Assembly: GCA_021432655.1 (NCBI GenBank)
Contig: MU271393.1
Location: 1-64,000 of the forward strand
Direction: 5' to 3'
DNA length: 64,000 bases
Origin: Atractiella rhizophila
Taxonomy: Eukaryota
Made by a program: the position numbers and the translations under genes. Positions 37,206 to 51,100 of the stretch are shown one piece after another (position 1 is the first letter of the stretch; each line of letters starts with the position of its first letter). The notes under the pieces were generated by a model. It did no database searches and had not been told where the DNA came from. It worked only from the letters and a program-made list of their open reading frames with translations.

Positions 37206-37928
37206 CTTCAATCTTTCCACCAAATAACCTCAATGAAGAAAATCGACCAGGTTCAGTAAATTTCGTAAGAGAATGCAGAAAGAGATGCAAGCAAATATTT
37301 CGATAAAAGCAAGTCGAAAAACGTCACAAAACAGCAAAAATATTATTTCGAAAAGCAGCGATCATCGACTTCCCTCAAGGACTCAAGGATCCAAGCGATC
37401 CAAGAAAAAGACAGCACCAAGCGCCAGCTCTTCACTCTTAAAGAGGTGGCCCCACAAAACCCAGTGGTGAAAGGAACGAGAATTTGGGGCACTAAGAGTG
37501 TTGGTTGTCGCCTTGAGCGTGCGGCTTGGAGCGACGGAGCGAAGGAGTCGGATAGAGGTGCGTGAAGATCGGCGTGATCCAAATCTCAACTCGTAGTTCA
37601 TGCCGATCATTTAAGCGTCGGATATTTATTGATCTCAGTTAACACGTGTCATAAACAACAAGCTCAGCAACACGGCCTTGAACCAACTTACTGGATTTCC
37701 AAAGAATCTATACCCCTCTCTTCTTTCTACACGGGTATTTGGGACATACCTCGATAATAATGCTGCAGTCATGAAGATTACGGGGTAAAGGGTGTATTGT
37801 CAATAAAATATAGCGGAGGTGTCTAGTCAGAGATTACATTGACTTCAGGCTAAATTGCGACCCGCCTGACGTGACTTGAAATATGGCGCGCCGCTTGAAT
37901 GCAACAATGGGAAAGAGATGCAAAAAGG

Positions 37929-39228
37929 AATAGAGGCACCAGTAAGCAGAAGATCTACATGCGAAATATCAGAAAATAGGAAGAGAAAGATAAATGGAAG
38001 GAAGAACAAGGGACCCCTTCGTACCTTCAGCTCAGGCTACATCCTCAGGTTAAGTTATTAGTCGATCAATTGGGGATGGGTTGGTCAAGGTGGGGTCGTT
38101 CAAAATTTTGCCGGATTAGGACGGAGAATGAGCCCTCTGGATCCTAGAGCACGTGAGATATTCATTCCTTCCCGTGTGTGGGGAAAGTCTGTTGAAAGAA
38201 TGTGGCTTAGATGGTAGCAAGTAGGTAATGGAAGTAGAATACGGAAATGTGAGCATTTCAGCAACTTCGACGTATGCGCTTTATAGATACTCAATCAGGA
38301 ATTTTTTTGAAATTGCTTAACCCCAAACCATGAACGGTGACAAGCACAAGCAGCACTATAACTCATAACCCAATAAAAAGCGCCTAGTCGTGTTCTCACA
38401 GCACAATGATACCTATCCAACTCCCGTGTCATTCAGGATTAAGGACCTTTGAATTTGAGGAGACACTCACTGAAGAAAAATGTACGGATAGTCCAACGTA
38501 TACACAACAAATGAAGGGAAGCTGGAGTAAAGCGAGGGTGCGATGATCGAGTATGGGAATGATGCTATTGATTTAATAGAGGCACCAGTAAGCAGAAGAT
38601 CTACATGCGAAATATCAGAAAATAGGAAGAGAAAGATAAATGGAAGTAAGTAAAAGGGACCCCTTCGTACCTTCAGCTCAGGCTACATCCTCAGGTTGAG
38701 TTATTAGTCGATCAATTGGGGATGGGTTGATCAAGGTGGGGTCGTTCAAAATTTTGCCGGATTATGACGGAGAATGAGTCCTCTGGATCCTAGAGCACGT
38801 GAGATATTCATCCTTCCCATATGTGAGGAAGGTCAGGAAGGTCTGTTGAAAGAATGTGGCTTAGATGGTAGCAAGTAGGTAATGGAAGTAGAATTCGGAA
38901 ATGTGAGCATTTCAGCAACTTCGACGTATGCGCTTTATAGATACTCAATCAGGAATTTCTTTGAAATTGCTCAACTCCAAACCATGAACGGTGACAAGCA
39001 CAAGCAGCACTATAACTCATAACCCAATAAAAAGCCCCTAGTCGTGTTCTCACAGCACAATAATACCTATCCAACTCTGGTGTCATTCAGGATTAAGGAC
39101 CTTTGAATTTGAGGAGACACTCACTGAAGAAAGATGTACGGATAGTCCAACGTATACACAACAAATGAAGGGAAGCTGGAGTAAAGCGAGGGTGCGATGA
39201 TCGAGTATGGGAATGATGCTATTGATTT
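37929..39228. repeat. Head-to-tail duplication of about 650 bp of non-coding DNA (37929-38574 / 38575-39228)
   Basis: Both copies start AATAGAGGCACCAGTAAGC and end GATGCTATTGATTT. The middles differ by scattered SNPs and a small indel. Confidence 0.95.
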
Positions 39229-39388
39229 GAGTGCTTAGCGTTGAGCTTGAAGCTTGATGATGTATGAACGATGCAAGTACATCGTCGAGTGAAGCAAATT
39301 ATTGCGATATAAAGCGATCGTTGAATGTCGAAGGACGTTATAAGTGATAAATGTTCGAAAGTTTGAATGTTATAAATCCAAAAAGTAA

Positions 39389-41088
39389 TCATCCCCTCTT
39401 CGAATTGAAGCTTTTGCCCTACCACAATTCTGAGTTCTTCCCACAACTTCTGCAAGAAGAAAGACGCACTGAGAGTTGATCAAGTACGATTTGTTCGGCA
39501 CTCGCCTCCTTAGTGATCTTCAATTCAACATGCACCTCGCTCTCCTCCTCCACCATCTCCTCCTCATCCCTACTTTTCCTCCCTTCCCTCCCCGTCCCCG
39601 TCCGCATGGAGATCATCGAACGCGATTGTCCTCCTCCACCGCTCGTTCCCCCACCGTGGGAGGTGTGGCCGCCACCGCCGTTAGTAGGATCTGCAGGGGA
39701 GTCTGCAGAGAAAGCTATTGTGCGAAGCGTGTCCCTAATACCATCGGCGCCATGAGCCCCATGATAAGGAGAAGGAAGGAATGTACCGAAAGTTAAGGGT
39801 GGCAATAGCGCACAAACTGTAGATGAAGGGAAGCGGAAGGAAGAGGACGAGCTGGTAGTTCGAATGGCCCGCCGCTAGACAATGACACACGACACAAATC
39901 GAATCTAGTCAGCTTCCGATCCCCAATGTGCGTTCGAGGCTGCAGAGGGAGAAGGGACTCACTCAGTTGGACGACGATAGCATCGACGGTGGCCCATGCG
40001 AACGAGAGGGCTGCTGTCGTTAAAGAGAGCTTGAGTACACGAGTGAGCACTTGTTCTGTCCTATTACCCCCAAACGGAACAAACCCAAAAAACTAACGTC
40101 AATTTGGGATTTCAACAGAGAAATCGTGAAAGAAGGGGGACGTGAAGAAAACGACAACATACGTTTGCCCTCTGTACTTTCTCCCCTTGTTTAACTGCAG
40201 CGCGAGGCAAGTGGAAATGACGAGATCTGTCGCTGCGTTGATCCAGAGCCTGCCATCGACATCACAGACCGCGCTTCAGCACAAACGCTACGCTAAGGGG
40301 AAAGACGAACCAAGCTTGAATCAAGCTCCCGACGCTCTTGACGATAGCTGGCGTGCGTCCCCCACCTGTGAAAGAGGCGGTGGCGAGTCCGTCAACGATG
40401 ATTGCTGCCAAGCCACTGTTCGAAGAAGGGCGAGGAGTCAGCGAGGTGATCATGAGTCGAACATGAGCTGATGCATGAATGGGAGTGAAGAGATGGAGAG
40501 GAAGAAAGAAACATACGCCGCTGCAGAAGCGAAAATGAGAAATATGAAAATGGCGAGGTAAGTCTTGTTTCGATCAGAGACCCAATAACATCTATCCCCA
40601 ACCAACGCAACACATCAACAACACGTTATTGACAATTAAAGGAAGGCATCAGCCAACGGACCTCATGGCGAAAAACAGTTGAGAAAGTAAACCAGCAGGC
40701 CACGGCGCGCAAAAGACAACGAATTGAATGCCAGGATTATGTTTCAATTCTGCGATAGGAGAATCGCGGCTAGCGACCAGATAATGCCACATGAGGGCGA
40801 TAATCACGGACCAGGAGACGGAGCATATGAGAGTGAGGAGGGAGACGAGTATTTTGTATGGGAGGTAGTCGGATCGGTAGTGGAGGAAGTAATAAGCGGA
40901 TTGGAAGAGGAGCAGGCCGAACATGACTGAGGCGAGGCATCCTCCTGCGAAGGCTCTATTATTTTGAGGTGGAGAGGCGAAGAAAGAGGCACACCGAGCA
41001 GCCAGCCGCCTGGGATGGCTAGATTAGATCTCCCTGGAGGATGTCAGGAAGGAGACGAACCGATAAATTCCTCTGCTGTAAGAGCCAT
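39389..41088 (-). CDS. DUF6534-like multi-pass membrane protein, paralogue 2
   Basis: Starts MALTAEEFIG. Same exon structure and motifs as 35534-37205 but clearly diverged. Ends GKSFNSKRG*. Confidence 0.8.
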
Positions 41089-41632
41089 GTTCGATCTTTG
41101 CACAAGCTCACCTGAAGTCTGGGTCAAATCGACAAGATGGAAATTTTCGTAAGAAGAAAAAAGCGGAAGACAAAAACGTCGACAAACAGCGAATATTATT
41201 ATTTTGAAAAGCAGGGAGTAAAGAGGATCATGGATTTACTTTGGATCCCAATGAAAGATCGCAGCCAAGCGCCTCTCTTATGAAGTGGCCCCACAAAATG
41301 CAGTGGTGAAAGTAGAGAGCGAACTTGGGGCACTAGGAGCATTGGCGGTTGTTTGAGCGTGCGCTTTGGCGCTGCGCTGGGAGAAGCAGCAACATCGAAT
41401 GAAGAGCGTGATCCAAAATCCAATGTTGATGCCGATAATTTAAGCATCGGATATTTACTGATCTCAGCCACGAAACCTCCGCCGATCTTCCGTCGTACTT
41501 CAAAACTTTATTTTTGTTGAGTAATTCCGACACGTGATTCTGAGTTCTTCCGAGTTCTGCAAAGCAACGTTCTGAGTTCCGAGTTCGTGTCAGGGTCACG
41601 GTGTCGTGGACCTGGAAGTGGATATCTGGACG

Positions 41633-43074
41633 ATGAGGGTAATGAGAGCTTTCCAGCTCACGTCAAGGGGAAGGGGAACGAGGGGATTCACTTGCTCCCC
41701 TGTCCGAGCACGTCGAACACACATAGTCCTGCACTCGCTCACTGGCACGCCGCTTTCTCCTTCCTCCCCTCTCCCAGGCTCAGTCACGGCCGCGGGTCGC
41801 AAATGGAAAGAGAACGAAGTGACGCGGGACAGCTCGAAGTTGGGTTCGGAAGATGAGGTCGTGGCAGTCGCGGTGAAGGATGGCAGTCCTGCTTCAGTCA
41901 GAATGGGCGTCGCCAGTGGGTTGAAGGATCTACTTTCTTCCTCCTCTGTTGCTGCTTCCTCAGATTTGCAGTCAAGTCAGACTTCAGAAGAATCTGAGTT
42001 GCACATCCATTCCGGAAGCTTGAGTGAGGATACAGAGCATGCGAGTGCTGTGGGAGCACACCTCGCGTTGTGGAAATGGAGTATGAAGACTTCTCCGGAT
42101 GCGGTGGAGGAGAAGAAGAAGAGGGAGTCGGTGTATGCTGCTTTGAGGAGAGGACGGCGAGTGCACAACGAGGGAAGTATCGAAGAGGGATGGGGAAGAG
42201 GGAAGGTCTATGCTCTAGCACAGAACTTAGCTCGGGAGGTATGTTGTCCTCCCTTTCATTCCATTGCGTGTCCGAGAAAATGCTCATCGTGAGTGGTGGC
42301 GTTACAGCTCGCAGAAACACCCTCCAACCTCCTCACACCGCTTCTCTTCTCCAGACGCGCCAGCGAGCTCTTTTCCTCCAAATCCAACTGTACCGTCTAC
42401 GCACGAGATGAGGGTGTGTTTTTCCTCACTCCCTCGTCACTAAAGATTCGGCACTTATTGACAGCGATGGACAGAGTGGATCAAACAAAAAAACATGGCA
42501 CCGTTCCTCGCAGTCGCGAAAGGCTCGGATGAGCCGCCTTCCTTCCTCGAGATACACTACGACGGGCGGTCTTCCAATGCTACTTCCAGCGAGGATCCCG
42601 CAGGTGGACAGAAGGTGGACATTGCCTTGGTAGGGAAGGGAGTGACCTTCGACAGGTTCGTCCCTCCTACCTCCTCCCCACTTGTTGCTTTCGCTTTCCG
42701 CTTCGGCAGCGGAGTGCGGTTATTGATTGAACGGATTAGTGGAGGGATCAGTATCAAGCCGGCGAGCGGAATGAAGTTGATGAGGGGTGACATGGGCGGT
42801 AAGCCTCTCATATTGCCCCTTCCTCATTCCCCTTCCTTCCGCTTTTGGTATGCGTTAGGCTGATCCTACCTTCCATCCCGTTATCCTTGCGACACAGGAG
42901 CCGCCTCCGTCCTCGCCACAACATGGGCAATAGCTTCCCTCCGCCTTCCACTCAACGTCCGAACATTCATCCCTCTCTGCGAGAACATGCCCTCCGGCCG
43001 CTCTGTCAAACCAGGTGCGTTTCTTCATCGTCATCCTATGATACTGCACAGTGCTGACGACCGCTTTGGACTTT
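41633..43074 (+). pseudogene. 3'-truncated copy of the M17 leucyl aminopeptidase (duplication or assembly product)
   Basis: Contains [15 protein letters not shown] and CENMPSG, but breaks inside an intron before the NTDAEGR exon. Confidence 0.7.
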
Positions 43075-43075
43075 A

Positions 43076-44702
43076 GAGAGTTGATCAAGTACGATTTGTT
43101 CGGCACTCGCCTCCTTAGTGATCTTCAATTCAACATGCACCTCGCTCTCCTCCTCCACCATCTCCTCCTCATCCCTACTTTTCCTCCCTTCCCTCCCCGT
43201 CCCCGTCCGCATGGAGATCATCGAACGCGATTGTCCTCCTTCGCCGCTCGTTTCCGTTCGCGTTCCCCCACCGTGAGAGGTGTGGCCGCCGCCGCCGTTA
43301 GTAGGATCTGCAGGGGAGTCTGCAGAGAAAGCTATTGTGCGAAGCGTGTCCCTAATACCATCGGCGCCATGAGCCCCATCATAAGGAGAAAGAAGGAATG
43401 TACCGAAAGTTAAGGGTGGCAATAGCGCACAAACTGTAGATGAAGGGAAGCGGGAGGAAGAGGACGAGCTGGTAATTCGAATGGCCCGCCGCTATACAAT
43501 GACACACGACACAAATCCCATCTAGTCAGCTTCCGATCCCGAATGTGCGTTCGAGGCTGCAGAGGGAGAAGGGACTCACTCAGTTGGACGACGATAGCAT
43601 CGACGGTGGCCCATGCGAACGAGAGGGCTGCTGTCGTTAAAGAAAGCTTGAGCACACGAGTGAGCACTTGTTCTGTCCTATTACCCCCAAACGGACAAAC
43701 CCAAGAAACTAACGTCAATTTGGATTTCAACAGAGAAATCGTGAAAGAGGGGACGTGAAGAAAACGACAACATACGTCTGCCCTCTGTACTTTCTCCCCT
43801 TGTTTAACTGCAGCGCGAGGCAAGTGGAAATGACGAGATCTGTCGCTGCGTTGATCCAGAGCCTGCCATCAACATCACAGACCGCGCTTCAGCACAAACG
43901 CTACGCTGAGGGGAAAGACGAACCAAGCTTGAATCAAGCTCCCGACGCTCTTGACGATAGCTGGTGTGCGTCCACCACCTGTGAAAGAGGCGGTGGCGAG
44001 TCCGTCAACGATGATTGCTGCCAAGCCACTGTTCGAAGAAGGGCGAGGAGTCAGCGAGGTGATCATGAGTCGAACCATGAGCTGATGCATGAATGGGAGT
44101 GAAGAGATGGAGAGGAAGAAAGAAACATACGCCGCTGCAGAAGCGAAAATGAGAAATATGAAAATGGCGAGGTAAGTCTTGTTTCGATCAGAGACCCAAT
44201 AACATCTATCCCCAACCAACGCAACACATCAACAACACGTTATTGACAATTAAAGGAAGGCAGCAGCCAACGGACCTCATGGCGAAAAACAGTTGAGAAA
44301 GTAAACCAGCAGGCCAGGGCGCGCAAAAGACAACGAATTGAATGCCAGGATTATGTTTCAATTCTGCGATAGGAGAATCGCGGCTAGCGACCAGATAATG
44401 CCACATGAGGGCGATAATCACGGACCAGGAGACGGAGCATATGAGAGTGAGGAGGGAGACGAGTATTTTGTATGGGAGGTAGTCGGATCGGTAGTGGAGG
44501 AAGTAATAAGCGGATTGGAAGAGGAGCAGGCCGAACATGACTGAGGCGAGGCATCCTCCTGCGAAGGCTCTATTATTTTGAGGTGGAGAGGCGAAGAAAG
44601 AGGCACACCGAGCAGCCAGCCGCCTGGGATGGCTAGATTAGATCTCCCTGGAGGATGTCAGGAAGGAGACGAACCGATAAATTCCTCTGCTGTAAGAGCC
44701 AT
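43076..44702 (-). pseudogene. Near-identical copy of membrane-protein paralogue 2 lacking its last exon (possible allele)
   Basis: Almost identical to 39471-41088, with a 12-nt in-frame difference (GTRTETSG vs GTSG). Cut at the duplication junction. Confidence 0.7.
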
Positions 44703-45248
44703 GTTCGATCTTTGCACAAGATCACCTCAAGTCTGGGTCAAATCGACAAGATGGAAATTTTCGTAAGAAGAAAAAAGCGGAAGACAAAAACGTCGACAAA
44801 CAGCGAATATTATTATTTTGAAAAGCAGGGAGTAAAGAGGATCATGGATTTACTTTGAGGATCCCAATGAAAGATCGCAGCCAAGCGCCTCTCTTATGAA
44901 GTGGCCCCACAAAATGCAGTGGTGAAAGTAGAGAGCGAACTTGGGGCACTAGGAGCATTGGCGGTTGTTTGAGCGTGCGCTTTGGCGCTGCGCTGGGAGA
45001 AGCAGCAACATCGAATGAAGAGCGTGATCCAAAATCCAATGTTGATGCCGATAATTTAAACATCGGATATTTACTGATCTCAGCCACGAAACCTCCGCCG
45101 ATCTTCCGTCGTACTTCAAAACTTTATTTTTGTTGAGTAATTCCGACACGTGATTCTGAGTTCTTCCGAGTTCTGCAAACCAACGTTCTGAATTCCGAGT
45201 TCGTGTCAGGGTCACGGTGTCGTGGAACTGGAAGTGGATATCTGGACG

Positions 45249-47364
<2,116 letters not shown>

Positions 47365-48176
47365 GGAGATGTAGAGAAAAGTACGTAGAGTAACTTATCA
47401 TAATGCATAATTTCGTCCATTCTTCAAAATCCGGAAATATGGACTATCCGAAAGGACATGTTTATCCAGACGAGCTCTTTCTCCTGTGCTTAGAGTACTT
47501 TAACAAGTTCTGCTGTAGTAACAGTCCGTTACTCCGAACACTAGATGAGTGGAAGTGTAACAGAAAATACTATTCCTTTTCGGAGATGCGTCGCATAGAT
47601 CTACTATTGCGGAGCAAAACACCGCTAGCCTACCGCTTCAATAACGAAAGGGAACGCGAGCATTGCACGACCTACTTCGAGTTTATTCCTCTTTTTGGCT
47701 ACTGGTTGTCGCGATAACTAATTCTCTACGCGTACTCGTAGCTGCAAGGAAGAAAGCCAAAGAGCACAGGGCAGCTAATAACTTTCTGAAGAGTTCCCGC
47801 TCTGGTTTGATCCGATACAAGAACCAGGGGAGCTAGGGAGATGGGGGAGCGACATCAGGTCATTATGGGACTAGGATAGCCATGTTGTCCCCCATCACCA
47901 TCTATGCTCAAAGGCTTTCAGACACAGCACTTCTGCTCACACGCATCCTTAGCCACTTTCGCAGCTAGTCGCGCCTTGCGTACTAGTAAATCAACAATCT
48001 TAACCAACAGCAAGCCGAGACGCCGACGCGGTTGCTTCGGGCGCGTAATACGCGCGTAGCGAGGCGCAGCACTGATTACGGTTGCATTTCAAAATCGCGG
48101 TTACTTAAAACCAAAGCGCGTCATCCCGTCGCACTCTTTCGCTTTCTCCATTTCACACGAAACGAGACGAGACAAG

Positions 48177-51100
48177 ATGGACGAAAAGCAGCAACACCTC
48201 CCCCTGCCCATCTCCTCGCTCGAGAAGAAAGGAGTCCCCCTTCCTCCGCCGCCCACCTACGAGAGCGGGATGGAGGATGACAGGACGCCTTTTGTGTCGC
48301 GCAATAAGAAGATCGTCACTGTCGGATTCTTGGCTTTCTTCGCGTGGACTTATTATCACCTCTTCACGCTCCCACAGACCGGCTCTGACGTGCATGGGTA
48401 TCATTCCCTGAGGACGGGGGGATGCGCACATCGCATGTCATTTTTTGGACCGGGCTCGAAAGTCGGGAAGGAGGAGGCGGAGAGGATTGTGTTGGAGACT
48501 CCGCTGGAGGCGAGGATCAGACAGAGCAGCAAGGAGTACGTGTTCCATTCTTCCATTTTTCGATTGGGGGAAAAGAGTGGTGCTGCGTTGCTTTTTCGAG
48601 ACCTGTTCTGTTAGCTCGCTGCGCGCAGTTGAGGAGCTTGCTTCGCGCTCTGCGAGAATTCTTTGATTACATCAGTCGTTACCCTCTGAGATGTTTAGAT
48701 GACGCAGCCGTAAAGGTTGGAGTGACTAGGCTATGGCGGTGTTTTCAGAGGCCATTCATCATAGAGTCTGTTGTCTCCGTGGCCGACTCCTGTTTACTCC
48801 ATCTTGTGAGAATGGGATGAGGTGGACTTTGCTCTCCGTTCGTGGTGCAATCGGGGTCAGCTGTTACAAATCTATTCAGAGTGTATTAGACAGGCTGCTC
48901 GCGGTAATACTGCGACAACAAAATGCCAACTCTGTGAAGTGATGCATTAATGTTTTATTACTCTCAGTTAAATTTCTTCAAATGTATGAAACATGCATTG
49001 CTTATCACTTTAGCTCCAACGCAAGGTAGATAGAGTCGATCAAACTTTCAATGACTCTTCCTTTTCCACATCCTAGATTTGGGCTGAGGTTATTCCATTC
49101 TGCTAAAGAGCAAGAATCTTACACATTTGGCATCAAATGCTGTTTATCTCAAGTAGAGACAGGCAAGCCGAAGTCTGCAGAACGGAGACAAAAGGTATCT
49201 TATCGTAGTTCAAGCTTGCTTCATATTCGTTCTTCAATATGTTAATGAGGTTTGCATGCCATCTGTTGATACCTTGAATATCTGTTTCCGCATAGTTGCG
49301 CTATTCTGGAGATAAATTTAACAATGGAGAGCGGGATCGCCATCGCAAATTTGAGGTTAGATGTCTGTTGGCAGATATGTTAGTTTCGCTGAAAGTGCAT
49401 TTGAAGGCATCCTACTAGTGTAGTTGGACCGAGCGGTTATCACATTCTTACGTACCCGATTGATTCCCATTTGAACTCAGAGAAAAGTGTGAAAATATCA
49501 AAAGTGAAAGCTGTTGCTGGTTTATATACAAGGATGAGGAGATGAGATCAGGAAGGAAGGGAGTAACCGCTTTAAATCCCTGTTCCTTCTCGTCTGTGGG
49601 GTAAAGGAAGTTTTGGGCGTACATAGTTTAAGGATGAGGGGAAAGACGAAAGGCATCGCATCTATTTTCCTTTCGGCTTATCCTACATCTTTCTGCTGAA
49701 AAAAACAACTAACGTTCATTCTTCACGAAACAGTTATACCGCATATCCACATGCGGCAGGAAGCGAAGGAGACCTTCGGTCTGCCCTCTATGTGAAGAAC
49801 AAATGGGAGTCGATCCTTGGCCTGCCCACGACCGCTGACGATGAAAACATTTTCGATGCTGGAACGAAGGAGGCGAAGTTGGCACTCCAAGGTCCCAAAT
49901 CCCATCACGGTCATCACCATCATCACCCCCATCATCCCGATCATCCTCACCACCCGCCGCCCCCTCCTGAAGATGATGAAATGGAAGGAACGACAGCGTT
50001 TCCGTATAGGTCGAAGGAACACGGTTGGAAGTGGTTCGGAAAAGATGAAGGAGAGGACAGTCGTTACCCTCTGAGATGTTTAGATGACGCAGCCGTAAAG
50101 GTTGGAGTGACTAGGCTATGGCGGTGTTTTCAGAGGCCATTCATCATAGAGTCTGTTGTCTCCGTGGCCGACTCCTGTTTACTCCATCTTGTGAGAATGG
50201 GATGAGGTGGACTTTGCTCTCCGTTCGTGGTGCAATCGGGGTCAGTTGTTACAAATCTATTCAGACTGAGAAAATGTATAGACAGCGGCTGTTTGTGACA
50301 ATACTGCGACAAAGAAACGCTGATACATGATTTTTATTCTCCTCAGTTAAGTTTCTTCAAATGCACAAAATATGCATTGCATATTACTACAGTTCCAACG
50401 AAAGGATATTGAGATAGAGTCGATCAAACTTTCAATGACCCTTCCGTTGCCACAGCCTGTGATTTGGGCAGACGTTATTTGTTCCATCCTGCGAAGGAGC
50501 AAGAATACTACACATTTTGGCATCAAATGCCGTTTATCTCAAGTAGAGACAGGCAAGCCGAAGTTTGCAGAACAGGGGCAGAAGGTGCCAGCTTGCTTCA
50601 TATTTTGTTCTTCAAATACATTGAAGAGGTTTGCATGCCATCTGCTGATACCTTGAGTTTCTGTTTCCGCATAGCTGCGCTATTCCGGAGATAAATTCAA
50701 CAATGGAGAATGAGATAGCCATCGCAAATTTGAGGTTAGAAGTCTGTTTTGCAGATAAGTCAGCTCCGTTGAAAGTGCATTTGAAAGGCGTACTGTACTA
50801 CCAGTGCAGGTGGACCGAGCATTTATTGCATTCTTAATTGCCCGATTGAGTCCCATTTGAACTCAGAGGACAGTGTGAAGATTTTCAAGAGTGAAAGCTG
50901 TTGCTAGTTTGTGAACAGGAATGAAGAGATGAGATCGCGAAGGAAGGAAGCAACCGCTTTAAATCCTCGTTCCTTCTCGGTTGGGGGATAAAAGGGAATT
51001 TTGGACGTACATAGTTTAGCCCTGGAGGGAAAAGACGAAGGGCATTGCATCTATTTTCCTTTCGGCTTATCCTACATCTTTCTGCTGAAAAAACAGCTAA

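Noticed and set aside
47403..47717. 104-aa ORF with a weak F-box-like YPDELFLLCLEYF segment
   Set aside because: Too short and weak to call; there are no supporting downstream exons I can identify.
48740..48775. SECIS-like hairpin on the minus strand (ATGA...AAAA...)
   Set aside because: It lacks the 3' GA of the kink-turn core and there is no UGA-containing selenoprotein candidate nearby.
49792..50205. His-rich 137-aa ORF as an independent metal-binding protein
   Set aside because: It is the duplicated piece of M28B exon 2 fused to intron sequence at the 50057/50058 junction.
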